64,000 bases of DNA from Eledone cirrhosa (GCA_964016885.1 OZ024743.1:49910001-49974000), one strand, 5' to 3'. Shown: positions 12,526-27,117, counted from the first letter of the stretch. The notes: generated from the sequence alone by a model not told the origin. Made by a program: numbers and translations.

Positions 12526-13180
12526 TATATATATGTCTATATATATACACACGTGTCTGTGTGCGTGTATATGTGTGTGTGTGTGTCTGTGTGTGCATGT
12601 GAGTGTGTATGTGTGTGTGTGTATGTTTGTGCGTGTATGTGTGTGTGTGTGCATGTGTGTGTATGTGTGTGTATGTATGTGTGTGTGTGCATGTGTGTGT
12701 GTATGTGTGTGTATATATGTGTGTATGTATGTGTGTGTATGTTAAAACCCTATTCCTAGCATATGAAGCGCTAAACTAATATATATCATAATTGTACTGT
12801 ATTGTTTTTCCTTGATGACTTTTCATATATATATATATATATATATATAAACACACACACACACATATATATATATAATAATAATTGTTTCTACTTTAGG
12901 CACAAGGCCAGCAATTACCCAGTGCATTACTGACTATTTATAGTTATGTATATACTATAAATAACTATAAACAGGAAAGGTCAGTAATTTCCTACTACCT
13001 TATTACCAGTAAGAGAAATAGCTCAATGTAAGAACATCTCTTGTTTTACAGACCAGGAAAATATATATATGCATATGCAGAGGTTATATTTAATTTGTTG
13101 GGATTCAACAAGATTAAACATTTTTATAACTGATATAAAGCACTCAACAGTTTAGTGGAGTAAATACACAATATATTAAT

Positions 13181-13363
13181 TGTTTCTACTTTAGGCACAA
13201 GGCCAGCAATTACCAGTGCATTACTGGTACTTTATTTTATCGACCCCGTAAGGATGAAAGGCAAAGTCAACCTCGGCGGGATTTGAACTCAGATGGTAAA
13301 GGGACGTAACTATGCTGGAAAGCATGGCGTCCGACCCTCTACCGATACTGCCAATCCACCGCC
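13181..13363 (-). mobile_element. tRNA-derived SINE, full length
   Basis: Reverse-complement copy of the 2243-2420 family. Confidence 0.88.
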
Positions 13364-13438
13364 CTATATTAATAAATGGAAACTATATTTATAAAACCAT
13401 ATTTATTTTATTATACATATTTCAAGGGCAACCAAGGT

Positions 13439-13471
<33 letters not shown>

Positions 13472-13575
13472 GTATATATGTATATATATATATATATATA
13501 CATATATATATACAACTATATATACCAAGGTTATATATATACCAAGGTTATATATATAACCAAGGTTATATATAT

Positions 13576-13835
13576 TGAGCTCAGCCGTCGGGGTCTTACT
13601 GGTTCCTATCACCCACTCTACTACCCTAAGTATTGAGTACTTTGGTGCGTTATGGTCCACCTGGTTCCTTACCACATTTCCTTCGTTATATATATATATA
13701 TTGTATAGAGTTACTGTCCAACGGCTGAGCTCTTGCCGTTGGGCCCTAATTCCTTACTATACCTACACTCTACTTTCTATGTATCGAGTACTTAGCTGAA
13801 CAATAGTCTTACTAGTCTAAATTGGTAACTCCTAA
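13576..13835 (+). mobile_element. Two tandem Penelope-like terminal fragments (1493 family and a diverged relative from ~13720)
   Basis: 13576-13687 is near-identical to 1513-1626; 13720-13835 has AACGGC-TGAGCTCTT-GCCGTT and the ACTC..GAGTAC hairpin. Confidence 0.65.
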
Positions 13836-14383
13836 TCTCTCCCCCCCTCTCTCTATGTATATATATATACTCACACGATACACATACATCCATACATACA
13901 CAGATATAACCATACATAGATGCATACATACATACATATATACATACATACATCCATTCATACATACATAGATACATACATACATACATACACATACACA
14001 CACATACATACGTACATACATACATAGATACATACATACATACACACACATACATACATAAATGCATATAACCATGCATACATCCATTCATACATACATA
14101 CATACATACATATATACGCACATACATACATACATGCATACATGCATACATACATACATACATACATATAACCATACATACATATATCCCTCCATCCATC
14201 CATCCATACATACATACATACATATATACATACACACATACATACATACATGCATACATACATGCATACATACATAAATACATACATACATACATACATA
14301 CCTACACACATGCATACATACGTAACTACACACATGCATACATACACACATGCATACATACATACACACATACATGTATATAT

Positions 14384-14772
14384 ATGATGGTTGCCCCCTC
14401 GTTATCGAGTATGGCCATTGCACGATATACCTTTATTAATAATTATTAATTAATTCTATCGTGCAATGCCTGAGCGTGAAGATTTTTTTTTAAGTGAGGA
14501 AAGATGTGCACTGAGCCAATCCCACTCTCTGAGCCAATCCCAGTTTCCTGAGTTGTCTTCTTGAAGAAAGCCCTGACAAAGGCTAGGGGTCCTTCCCTCC
14601 CAGTGGTTTAACCGCGCGATCGGGTATCCAGCCTGGCTATTTCTATGTCCCCACACATATACATACATATGCACACATGCATATACATACATATGCACAC
14701 ATGAATATACATATACATATACACACATATGTACATGTGTATATACATATTTACACACTTTTGGATGGCCGT
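14384..14772 (-). mobile_element. Non-autonomous RTE-derived element, family B (also 26472-27030, 48971-49504)
   Basis: Three dispersed similar copies flanked by (TACA)n-type repeats; shares internal segments with family A. Confidence 0.7.
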
Positions 14773-14829
14773 TCACATATACGTATATATATATATATAT
14801 ATACATATATATACATACATATATACATA

Positions 14830-15094
14830 CATGGTGGCTGCCAACTCGTTTTCGAGTACGGCCACCACCTTATATCCATGTAGGAGAACCCCTACCGATG
14901 CGCTGAACGAGTGTGACTTTGTAGTCCGGCCAGCGACTTGAAAACTCTGGTACAAACACTACACTTGTGACAATTATCGACACATAGTGCTGGGCCCATG
15001 GTAACATGTGACGACAAGTGCAGAGAGATCTCCAGATATAAAGCAATGCCTGTGCCGTGAAGCTTTTATAGTGAGCAAAGGCACTGCACAAAGC
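14830..15094 (-). mobile_element. RTE-derived 3' end, family A (also 27455-27862, 45371-45893, 47137-47308, 48091-48680)
   Basis: Encodes C-terminal C2H2-like CSVCTRxFKSLAGLxSHTRSAH typical of RTE ORF ends; (TATG)n tail. Confidence 0.8.
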
Positions 15095-15095
15095 A

Positions 15096-16090
15096 GTGTG
15101 GTGTGTGTGGTGTGTGGTGTGGTGTGGTGTGGTGTGTGTGGTGTGTGGTGTGGAGTGTGGGGTGTGGTTTGTAGTGTGTGGTGTGTGGTGTGGTGTGTAG
15201 TGTGTGGTGTGGTGTGTGTGGTGTGGTGTGTTGTGTGGTGTGTGGTATGGTGTGTGGTGTGGTGTGTGTGGTGTGTGGTGTGTGTGTGGTGTGGTGTGTG
15301 GTGTTGTCTGGTGTGGTGTGTGTGGTGTGGTGTGTGTGGTGTGTGGTGTGGTGTGTGGGGTGGTGTGTCTGGTGTGTGGGGTGTGTGTGGTATGTGGTGT
15401 GGTGTGTGTGGTGTGTGTGGTGTGTGGTGTGGTGTGTGTGGTGTGGTGTGTGGTGTGGTGTGTGTGGTGTGTGGTGTCGTGTTGTGGTGTGTGTGTGGTG
15501 TGGTGTGTGTGGTGTGGTGTGTGTGGTGTGTGGTGTGCGTGTGGTGTGTGTGTGTGGTGTGGTGTGGTGTGTGTGGTGTGTGGTGTGTGGTGTGTGGTGT
15601 GTTGTGTGTGTGGTGTGTGGTGTGTGGTGTTGTGGTGTGTGGTGTGATGTGGTGTTGTGGTGTGTGGTGTGGTGTGTTGTTTGGAGTTGTGTGTGGTGCT
15701 GTGTGGTATGTGTGGTGTGTGGTGTATGTGTGGTGTGTGGTGTTGTGTGGTGTGGTGTGTGGTGTGGTGTGTGTGGTTTGTGGTGTGGTGTGTGTGTGCT
15801 GTGTGGTGTGTGTGGTGTGGTGTGGTGTATGTGGTGTGCGGTGTGTGTGTGGTGTGGTGTGTGGTGTATGTGGCATGTATGATATGATGTGTGTGTGTGG
15901 TGTGTGTGTAAGTGGTGTGTGTGGTGTGTGTGTGGCAAGTGTGGTGTGTGGTGTGTGTGTGGTGTGTGTGTAAGTGGTGTGTGGTGTGGTGTGTGCGTGG
16001 CATGTATGATGTGTGTGTGTGGTGTGTGTGTGTGTGTGTGGTGTGTGTGTGTGGTGTGTGGTGTGTGTGTGTGTGTGGTGTGTGGTGCGT
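15096..16090. repeat. (GTG/GTGTG)n compound microsatellite
   Basis: Direct inspection. Confidence 0.95.
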
Positions 16091-16795
16091 GTGCGCGTGA
16101 AATTGAGACATACGCAGAGATAGAGAGAAGGAAATGTTATTGAGAGAAGTTAATAACATTATTACTATGGAGGGAAGGAGGGAGAGAGAGGGGAATATGT
16201 GTGTGTGTGTGTGTGGGGCGGGGGGGGGGGGGGTAATGTTTATCTTCGCCAACATGGCGGCGGCGGCTGCGTCTGAAGCAATTGGATTAGAAATGACTCT
16301 CTCAAGAAATCAATAAGAGATTTGCTCTTCTTATCGACGTCTCCTCCTGATTAGAGCTTCGTAAACATTTGCTAGCGAGCAGACGACCGAACTGAATAAC
16401 AGGCAGCAATCTTGTGGCAAGATTTCGCTACAGGCTTAGCTTTCCAATGGTGTATGTGTGTGTGTACGTATAATTGCACACGTGTATGTATATGTGTGTA
16501 TAGATATAGATATATGTATATGCGTGGATGGAGTTATGTAAATTTGTGTAAGCGCATACAACATATATGTGAATACATACAAAAACACACGCGTACACAC
16601 ACACACACACACACACACATACACACATATATATGCGCGTGTGTGCGCTAGTGTATGCATAGGTTCGTGTATGTATATGCGTGTATACGTGTATGTATAA
16701 ATGAAATGTGTACCTGTATATATATACATATATATATACATATATGTATATTTATTTATTTATTTATAAATATATATTCAGAAGAAATCACCAGG

Positions 16796-16848
16796 AAGCT
16801 TCCTGATGATTTATCCTGAATGAAACAGTGCTAGTCCTGAAGAAGCTT
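16796..16848 (+). ncRNA. Type-I hammerhead-like motif (cleavage-site U mutated to A)
   Basis: AAGCTTC CTGATGA TTTA-TCCT-GAAT GAAA CAG-TGCTAGTC-CTG AA GAAGCTT; homolog of 35471-35521. Confidence 0.7.
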
Positions 16849-17089
16849 TTCTATATTAAATATTTATACTCTGCTTTGTATTGAGTACCTTACTTACTGT
16901 TGTTACTCCCGATTAAACTCGGGATAAACTTATATATATATATTAGTAATATATATATATATATATATATAACGAAGGAAAAGTGGTAAGGAACCAGGTG
17001 GACCATAACGCACCAAAGTACTCAATACTTATGGTAGTAGAGTGGGTAATAGGAACGGCTTGAGCTCAGCCGTCGGGGTCCTACTCGTT

Positions 17090-17145
<56 letters not shown>

Positions 17146-17966
17146 CAATATCGGAGAAAGCTTTTTAGCGATACTCCGGCCAAATTCCAACTCACTCAAC
17201 AAACATTAGGAAATAAGTGATTATATTCCTAATTATGCGTTCGGGGTGCTAACTAAAAGTATTGCGTGGAAAATTGGCTGTATTATTTCATATGAGACAT
17301 ATCGAATATATCTCTTCCCAGACGGACGTCTCGTTTCATTATAGGATTCCTACAATTTGGGTGAAATTATACCAATTTATGTAGGAGCTTGTATACCATC
17401 AATAGCTATATATTCAAGTGGGCTCCTATAATTCATCAGTGGGTGCCCCAATAATACTAATATTGATAATCTAACCAACATCAGTATTTAGCGATAATCA
17501 TCATCAGTGCCTGAGGTATCTGTCAGGTTGCTAGTCCAGCAGTTCTAAAGAAATGCTCAAACTGATTAAAAAATGAGGAAGTAAATTACCTTTAAAAAAA
17601 TATATATTTGGGAAACTGGCTGACGATAGATCTTAAAGCAACAGAATGGTGTAAATATTAACAGTACGGAAGTCGGGTAAATATACCCGTTAGGAGCGAA
17701 AACAGTGTCCAGCGGCCACTGTGGAGGAACAGAGAATTGTCAGGTCGATTGGGTGAATATTATAGAGGATTAAGAAAGGAGAATAAAAGGAAAACAAATG
17801 TATCACCATCATCACCAACGTCTGCTTGTCCTTGCTGGTATGGGTTAGACAAGATGTCCCGCTGTGAGACAATATACATACATTGAGCGGTTGCCGGCGA
17901 ATCTCGAAGATTACGTTTCGTTTTGATTTGGCCACCGCCGAAATATGATCTCGCTGAAATTATATT

Positions 17967-18055
<89 letters not shown>

Positions 18056-18108
18056 CGGGGGGGGGGGGGGGTTATGTTTATCTTCGCCAATATGGCGGCG
18101 GCGGCTGC

Positions 18109-18141
<33 letters not shown>

Positions 18142-18148
<7 letters not shown>

Positions 18149-18476
18149 GTTTGAATTTGTAAAGCCAAACAATGCAGGTATGGACATAGAATAAAAATGC
18201 AAATGCAAAAGTTATTGTTGACAATTAGTCTTTTACCTTAGATTTATTTAAATGTCCAGTGTTCTAAATAGCTTGCCAAGCATGACTTGGCAAGCTATTT
18301 AGAACACTGTTTTAACCGCTTTACTTCCCTCCGAAGAAGAGATATTATCTCGAAAATTAAGGACATTTAAATAAATCTAAGGTAAAAGACTAATTGTCAA
18401 CAATAACTTTTGCATTTGTATTTTTATTCTATGTCCATACCTGCATTGTTTGGCTTTACAAATTCAAACGTTTATA
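18142..18476. mobile_element. Nested fold-back element (outer arms ~18142-18257 / 18361-18476; inner hairpin 18258-18308)
   Basis: ~115-bp near-perfect inverted arms; (TA)n on the left. Confidence 0.85.
18328..18362 (+). ncRNA. Minimal hammerhead-like motif (core CCGAAGA variant)
   Basis: CCT CCGAAGA A GAGATA-T-TATCTC GAAA ATT A AGG. Confidence 0.5.
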
Positions 18477-18574
18477 CCTCATTACACAATGCTTCAAGTG
18501 AACTATAACTTCCTCCATATATATATATATGTCTGTGTGTGTGTGTATGTTTATAGATTGAGTTGTATATCAGC

Positions 18575-18765
18575 ACCACCATCACCACCACCACCACCAC
18601 CACCACCACCATCACCACCACTACCACCACCACCATCACCACCACCACCACCACCACCACCATCACTATCATCACCAGCATCACCACCACCACCACCATC
18701 ACTACCATCACCATCATCACCACCACCACCACCACCACTACCACCACCACCACCACCACCACCAC
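18575..18765. repeat. (ACC)n microsatellite
   Basis: Direct inspection. Confidence 0.95.
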
Positions 18766-18959
18766 AATTACTTCAGTATTTATTTTGTATGCACAGAAGA
18801 TTGTAAGTCTCTATCTACACATTTCTCTCTTTTCTACCTCCCACCTCCACTACCCCACTCTCTCTCTCTCTATATATATACATATATACACACACACACA
18901 TACACATATATATATACATGTAAATATATATATATATACATATATATACATATATATAC

Positions 18960-19026
<67 letters not shown>

Positions 19027-19037
19027 CATACACACAC

Positions 19038-19069
<32 letters not shown>

Positions 19070-19141
19070 TGTGCGTGCGCGTGGTATGTGTGTATGCGGA
19101 CATGAGAGTACGTTGTGTGTGTATGTTTACAGTCTGCGTGC

Positions 19142-19174
<33 letters not shown>

Positions 19175-20097
19175 TGGTTGTTTTTATGTTTCTCTGTAAA
19201 AGTTCTTTAGAATTCGCCGAGGAAATGAATCCTGGCATGAAACCAAGACATTGTTAAATGGCTGTTTTTAAGAGAAGCTAACAACTATAAGAATCATAAG
19301 AATGGTAAGAACTGTACGAACTGTAAGAACTGTAAGAACTGTAAGAACTGCTAGTTTAAATCAGTTGGCAACCGAGCAAAAATCGGGCCAGCCACATTTT
19401 TAAACGATTCTCTAAGAATTCTAATATAATTTATTGCTTAATTCAAAGTTCAGATCTGTGTTATAAAAATCCAAAGCTACCTTATTTTTTTCTTGGCTGG
19501 TGGTACAGTCCTTAATTATACTTGCTGAGTAACTTATGAGGTAACTACACTTTAATATGCAATGGACCACCGTCAGAATGCTCATGAAATTAATGGACAT
19601 GTTGCTATACATTCCACAGACACGTGTATTCTTAACGTAATTCCCAAAGAGATTCAGAGTAAGATAGCGTCTGTAACAAAGATGGCTCTTTGAATTATAA
19701 CTATTCGATTTTGTATTATACTGTATGTGGCGCAGTATTCCACATTAATGTACCATTAATGTGGCTCTCAGGGAGATTCAGTGTTACACAGTGTGTGACA
19801 TGTCTGGCCCTTGAACATACAGATAATGTCCATCGAATGGGATTCTGAAGAGTGAAGAATGGATTATGCAATAACCATCTGAACACACTCACTCACTCAC
19901 TCACACACACACACTCACACACACACACACTCGCACACACACTCTCACACACACACTCCACACACAGATATTTTGTGAGATGCTCTCCCGATTCCGAAAA
20001 TCCGCCGCCCCTGTCACGTGGTAATAAAGAAACATATATATGGTCAGAGCTGCAGGTTGCAGTTTTAACAAACTTCAATCGATGGTGGCTTGTCAAG

Positions 20098-22105
20098 TAC
20101 TACCACTACCACACCACCACCACCACCACCACCACCACCACCACCACCACTACCACCACCACCATCACCATCATCACCATCATCACCATCAACACCACCA
20201 CTACCACCACCACCACCACCACTACCACACTACCACCACTACCACACCACCACCACCACTACCACACCACCACCACCAGCACACCACCACCACCACCACC
20301 ACTACCACCACCACTACCACACCACCACCACCACCACCATCATCACCACCACTACCACTACCACCACCACCATCACCATCATCACCATCATCACCACCAT
20401 CACCACCACCACCACCATCACCATCACCATCACCATCACCACCACCACCACTACCACCACCACCATCACCATCATCACCATCATCACCACCTCCACCACA
20501 ACCACCACCACCACCATCACCATCACCATCACCACCACCACCACCACCACCACCACCACCACCACCACCACCACCACCACCACCATCACCATCACCACCA
20601 CCACCACTACCACCACCACCACCACCATCATTACCATCATCACCACCATCACCATCACCACCATCACCATCACCATCACCATCACCACCACCACCACTAC
20701 CACCACCACCATCACCATCATCACCATCATCACCACCTCCACCACAACCACCACCACCACCATCACCATCACCACCACCACCACCACCACCACCACCACC
20801 ACCACCACCATCACCATCACCATCACCACCACCACCACTACCACCACCACCACCACCATCATTACCATCATCACCACCATCACCACCACCACCACCATCA
20901 CCACCACCACCACTACCACCACCACTACTACCACCACCACCATCACCATCACCACCACCACCACCACCACCACCATCACCATCACCACCACCACCACCAC
21001 CACCACCACCACCACCACCACCACCACCACCACCACCACCACCACCACTACCACCACCACCACCATCACCACCACCACCACTACCACCACCACCACCACC
21101 ATCACCACCACCACCACCACCACCACCACCATCACCATCACCACCACCATCACCACCACCACCACCACCACCACCACCACCATCACCATCACCACCACCA
21201 CCACTACTACCACCGCTACTACCACCACCACCATCACCACCACCACCACCACCACCACCACCACCATCACCATCACCACCACTACCCCCACCATCATTAC
21301 CACCATCACCACCATCATCACCACCACCACCATCACCACCACCACCACCACCACCACCACCATCACCATCACCACCACCACCACTACTACCACCACCACC
21401 ACCATCAACAGCAGTACTGGATCTGTTCTCACCATTTCTAGTGACGACGATTTAACAAGAAATGGAAACACAATAGGAAGTAATGACGGTTTGCAGTTCT
21501 GTAGAATATTATTTAACAGATCCATTGACTGGCAGACTCTGTGTCTCAAACACCCACATACACACATACACACATACACACATACACTCACACTCACACT
21601 CACACTCACACTCACACTCACACACTCACACACACATACACTCACACACTCACACACTCACACTCACAGATTCACACACACATACACACATACACTCACA
21701 CTCACACTCACACACTCACACACACATACACACATACACACATACACACATACACTCACACACTCACACACTCACACTCACACACTCACACATTCACACA
21801 TACACTCACACATACACACATATACATATACACTCACACTACAGATTCACACACACATACACACATACACTCGCACTCACACATTCACACACTCACACAC
21901 ACACACACACACACATACACACATACACACATACACCCACACTCTCACACACTCACACACACATACACACATACACATACACTCACCCACACACCCTCAC
22001 ACACTCACACATTCACACGCTCATACACACACACACTCACACTGACACACTCACACATTCACACACGCACACACACACTCACACTCATACATTCACACAC
22101 TCGCA
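20098..22105. repeat. (ACC/ATC)n array (20098-21405) and (CA/CACACT)n array (21550-22105)
   Basis: Direct inspection; source of poly-H/P/T ORFs. Confidence 0.95.
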
Positions 22106-23674
22106 TGTGATTCTTCTGTTACAAGGTCTAATTTATGTTTTAATATGGCTGAAGATTCTGCAAAGATGTTAATACTATGAATGAATAGACGGAATAATTG
22201 AGGCTTTTACACGTCTCTAGAAAGATGTTTAGCAAGACAACTAATTAAGTATCCATTCAGCATGTGAGTTATGTAAATTTGGTCGACGGTCTTTGATGAA
22301 TAGCGTTTGTTGGAATGGAAGAACTGGCACACAGCTTTAGAGCAAAGTTTACATACTTCTATCACTTCAGTGTAACAATCTGCATGTCTTTGTCGTCAGT
22401 ATTGATTTATTTTCAGCCTGTTGCATCTTGGTCGCTACACGATTGCAGGTATGCTTTAGAAATAATCTAAATTCCTTTCTGAATCTCCTGATGTTGCAAT
22501 TTTAGCATTGGTTATTTTGTTGTGCTTTTGCTTTTCTTTTCTTTTCTTTTTGTGAGAGGTGGCGGGGGGGGGGGGGGGTGACATTTTCAGCAAAAGCCGG
22601 GAATAATAAAACACATTAATTTAATTGAAAAAGCAGCATAGAGCAGCAATATCTATACATTGGGGATTACTATGGCAGTCAAACGAAACACATTTTGCCT
22701 GAATTGCCTCACAAACTCAATTATACTCTTTTAATTCGTCTTTTGTTTCCATCTTTACAGTTTTGAAATTTTCTTTGTTATCTGAATATTTATGTTTTTT
22801 AATTCAAAACCCCGACCTTACCTTCTCTAGATAACAGTAATATTTATTTTAAAGAAATTATGTAATTCAATAGGTTTATCAGAAAATTAGAGATTTCTTC
22901 AATACATGAGATGTTCGAGATTTCTTACCTGGAAAGTCTTATTCTTATTCACATATTAGAAATAGCTGCTTTACTCTATATGGAGCTTAACTATTGTTGA
23001 TAGAAATTGTGTAGGAGAAATTAATACTTGGTGATGTCAGGAATATGTGAGACGTGTGGCATAACAATTTAGATGTTTGTTTCAAATAATTATGATCATA
23101 AGTTTGTAGGTTTGGTTCCTGGACTTATCGCCTTAAAAACAGGAAGGTCATGTTAGACAATGAAAGCGCATGGCCTCATAGTTAGGCTGTTGAGCTCACT
23201 ATCATCAAATTGGGTATAATATTTCCAGGCTGAATGGTGCGTTGTGTTCTTGAATACGGCACTTCATTTTACGTTGCTCCAGTGTACCAGCAGCAGCAAG
23301 GAATTGAACCTTGCGACGGCTGGCATATCATCTCGTTCTGCATTCTAATTCGGTTAATGCCATTTGAAACTGGGACATACTCCAGCCTGATGTGCCTTCT
23401 AAGTACCCTCACCCTAAATTGAATACCAGTAAAAAATATATAGATATATGCCGTATTCATTGGTTTCGTTCTCGAGTTAATAAAAAGTTTGCTACGAGAC
23501 AGTGAAATGGTCATTACAGGGGAGGGGTCACTCGGTCTGTTAGAAATAGAAGCCAAATTTCTCTCAAATCACATTTAAAAAAAAAAGAAGAATGCATTGT
23601 ATAAGGTAGTTCTAGATACATTGTAGCTGAAAAATGTGTCATACCTGGAAAGCCCTTTAATTGCAGTTTATTTG

Positions 23675-24323
23675 CGTTCAAATACTGATATCGTTTACTT
23701 GGGTGGTGTACTTAATCCGTTCAAATACTGATATCGTTTACTTGGGTGGTGTACTTAATCCGTTCAAATACTGATATCGTTTACTAGGGTGGTGTACTTA
23801 ATCCGTTCAAATACTGATATCGTTTACTAGGGTGGTGTACTTAATCCGTTCAAATGCTGCTATCGTTTACTTGGGTGGTGTACTTAATCCGTTCAAATAC
23901 TGATATCGTTTACTAGGGTGGTGTACTTAATCCGTTCAAATACTGCTATCGTTTACTTGGGTGGTGTACTTAATCCGTTCAAATACTGATATCGTTTACT
24001 TGGGTGGTGTACTTAATCCGTTCAAATACTGATATCGTTTACTTGGGTGGTGTACTTAATCCGTTCAAATACTGATATCGTTTACTTGGGTGGTGTACTT
24101 AATCCGTTCAAATACTGATATCGTTTACTAGGGTGGTGTACTTAATCCGTTCAAATACTGATATCGTTTACTAGGGTGGTGTACTTAATCCGTTCAAATG
24201 CTGCTATCGTTTACTTGGGTGGTGTACTTAATCCGTTCAAATACTGCTATCGTTTACTTGGGTGGTGTACTTAATCCGTTCAAATACTGATATCGTTTAC
24301 TTGGGTAGTGTACTTAATCCGTT
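23675..24323. repeat. 43-bp minisatellite, 15 copies
   Basis: Unit CGTTCAAATACTGATATCGTTTACTTGGGTGGTGTACTTAATC, head-to-tail with no spacers. Confidence 0.97.
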
Positions 24324-24528
24324 GCCTGGTTTGACACCAGTACCTGGTCCTTGCTTGTCTTAAGTGGAGTCCACTCTGTTTCAATCATTCGAACTAGATC
24401 TCTACTGTCAGAATACCTTCCTCCCTCTCTCCTTATCATCTGTTTTCGCGGTCCCTAAAAGTGTCAAGGGACCTATCCGCACTTTCCATTTTTACCATCT
24501 TTTCCCACCTAAAACGTGCGCCAAGAGT

Positions 24529-24862
24529 CGTTATTCCAGTCGTTATTCCAGTCCATTATTCCAGTCTGTTATTCCAGCCTTTTGTTCCAGTCTGTTATTC
24601 CAGCCTTTTGTTTCAGTCTGTTATTCCAGTCTGTTATTCCAGCCTTTTGTTCCACTGTTATTCCACTCCATTATTCCAGTCCATTATTCCATTCCACTAT
24701 TCCACTCTGCTATTTCAGTTCATTATTCCAGCCTTTTGTTCCAGTCTGTTATTCCAGTCTGTTATTCCACTCCATTATTCCAGTCCATTATTCCATTCCA
24801 CTATTCCACTCTGCTATTTCAGTTCATTATTCTAGTCCGTTATTCCATTCCACTATTCCACT
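24529..24862. repeat. Degenerate ~13-bp (GTTATTCCAGTCT-like) minisatellite
   Basis: Recurrent TTATTCCA core. Confidence 0.85.
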
Positions 24863-25811
24863 GCCATCCCCATTTACTCGTTAATATCAAAGAAGATATA
24901 TTCTCACGAGTATAAGATATAGTTCAGTTTAAAAGAGTTAGTATCTCTTTCTTGTTTAATACTTTATAAAATGTCATTAGATATTTTAATGTGTGTATCT
25001 TTCTCAAAGATAGGCAAACATTTAATAATACCTCACTTATCTTGGCTAGTTTTCTTTTGATTTTCTTCTCCATTACAGAAATAAAACAACCTTAGCAAAC
25101 ATGTCGAGATGAAGAAAAATAAAAAACAATTCTGAAAATCAAGGCATCTTCATCGTAACTAGTTTTGTCCAATAAATTCACTTTATTTTGCTCAAACTAT
25201 CTCTTAAATGTATTTTTTTCTCGTTAAATGTGAATTGGCTCAAGTAGATATGTTAAATTTAAGACTCTCTTGGGCATACAAAGAAAAAGCTGGCATTTGT
25301 AATAATCCAGTCGTGTATTTATTCGTTTACTAAATGTTCATTACGGCTAAATGTCTGGTGGAGAAAAGCCAAAACCTATTTATAATGTTTCCCTGGCTGT
25401 CATTGAGGTTAAATCAGTATTTCGTTTGTTAGTGATATTTTTACAACGTTTATTTCTCATCTGTCAAGTCATCACACCAAGACTTCATTCTTTTCAACAT
25501 TTACTCAATATTTAAATGGAAGAATGGCAAGATGTAGCAATTTATCAGATTCTGTATAGTATTGAGGTTCTTCTGTGTCATCAGTTCAAATCTCGCTTCC
25601 ATTGACTTCCTTTCACATTTCTGGGGCCGGTAAGACAAGTACTTGTTATACACTGGGAACCTCGGAGTCGACTGTAATCCTTTACACACCAAAGTAAATA
25701 ATCTTTGTTTACTTACTAGTGAGTGGTGTTAATAACGTTGAGGTCTTTTTTTGCAAACTTCGTGAAGTGGTTTCAGTTCTCAATTGTTACCGTTTACAGC
25801 TACAATGCATC

Positions 25812-25935
25812 CGACGGGCTTCCGAACAGTTTCCGTCTACCAATTTCATTCACAATGTTGAGACTAGTTAAAATCATACTTGGTCAAGATGCCACATAGT
25901 GAGATTGAACCCAGAGCCGTATGGTTGTGAAGCCA
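25812..25935 (-). mobile_element. Decayed tRNA/CORE-type SINE
   Basis: Minus strand GGTTCAATCTCAC B-box, CTTGACCAAGT CORE-like segment and TGGTAGACGGAAACTG..GAAGCCCGTCG tail. Confidence 0.6.
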
Positions 25936-26005
25936 CGGTACGTCCAACATATATATATATATATACCATTAGACTTATTATCACTTGAATAATGACATTT
26001 TCATT

Positions 26006-26182
26006 TTGGCAGAATTAGTAGAGAGTCGGACACCATGGTTTGACGCAAAGAGTTACGGCCCTTGCCAGTCTGAGTTCAAATCCCACCGGGGTTAACTTTG
26101 CCTTTCATCCTTACAGGGTCGATAAAATAAAGTACCAGTAATGCACTGGGTATTTGCTGGCCTTGTGCCAAAAGTAGAAACA
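26006..26182 (+). mobile_element. tRNA-derived SINE
   Basis: Same family as 2243-2420. Confidence 0.85.
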
Positions 26183-26471
26183 ATTACCATTTTGGAATAA
26201 TATAATCAATTAATATAAACCATTTACGAATCTGTTGATTTTGTTTCCAAAGAGAAGGTGGCAGCCCGTGTGAGGCTACTACCCCTCAAACACTTACCCC
26301 GTGTGAGGCTACTACCCCTCAAACACTTACCATTCTATTTCATTATCCTAACATATTTTCACAACACGCCACTGTTACATACATACACATACATACATAT
26401 ACACATACATACATACAATACATACATACATACATACACATACATACATACATACACACATACATACTTAC

Positions 26472-27030
26472 TATTAATTAATTCTATCGTGCAATGCCTG
26501 TGCGTGAAGATATTTTTAAAGTGAGGAAAGACTGTGCACTGAGCCAATCCCACTCTCTGAGTGACAGTAGCTATAACGCGAAAAGAAGAAGAGATCAACA
26601 TCATCGGTAACTACTGAGCGGCAGGTTTTATATCGGAGTTATCCCAGTTTCCTGAGTTGCCTTCTCCTAGAAGAATGCCTAGACAAAGGCTAGGGGTCCT
26701 TCACTCACAGTGGTTTAAGCGCGCGATCGGGCGTCCAGCCCGACTATTTATATGTCCCCGCGCATATACACACATATGCACACATGCATATACATATAGA
26801 CACATATGTGCATGTGTATATACATATTTACACACTTTTGGATGGCCGTTGACTCTTATGAGTTCTTCTGCCCTTTGTCAGGTTTTGTTTTTTGTTCTGC
26901 AAGGTGTCCAAAATCCTCCTCCTCACCAAGTAAACTTGGTGGGGTTGCCGGTTTAGTCGCCGACGAACCGACCATGCGACAGGTTGTACTGGGTTACATG
27001 TTACCAGTAGCACTCAAGAGTGACCCGACA
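26472..27030 (-). mobile_element. Non-autonomous RTE-derived element, family B, with structured 5' head
   Basis: High similarity to 49030-49504. Confidence 0.75.
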
Positions 27031-27117
27031 TATACATACATACATACATACATACATACATACATACATACATACATACATACATACACACATACATACA
27101 CACATACATACATACAT

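Noticed and set aside
17140-17960. Unique GC-richer segment with 81-aa ORF
   Set aside because: No recognisable domain or element; cannot classify without a database search
23675-24323. CRISPR-like array (also considered for the 27-, 40- and 45-bp arrays)
   Set aside because: Units are contiguous with no unique spacers, no cas genes, and the context is eukaryotic
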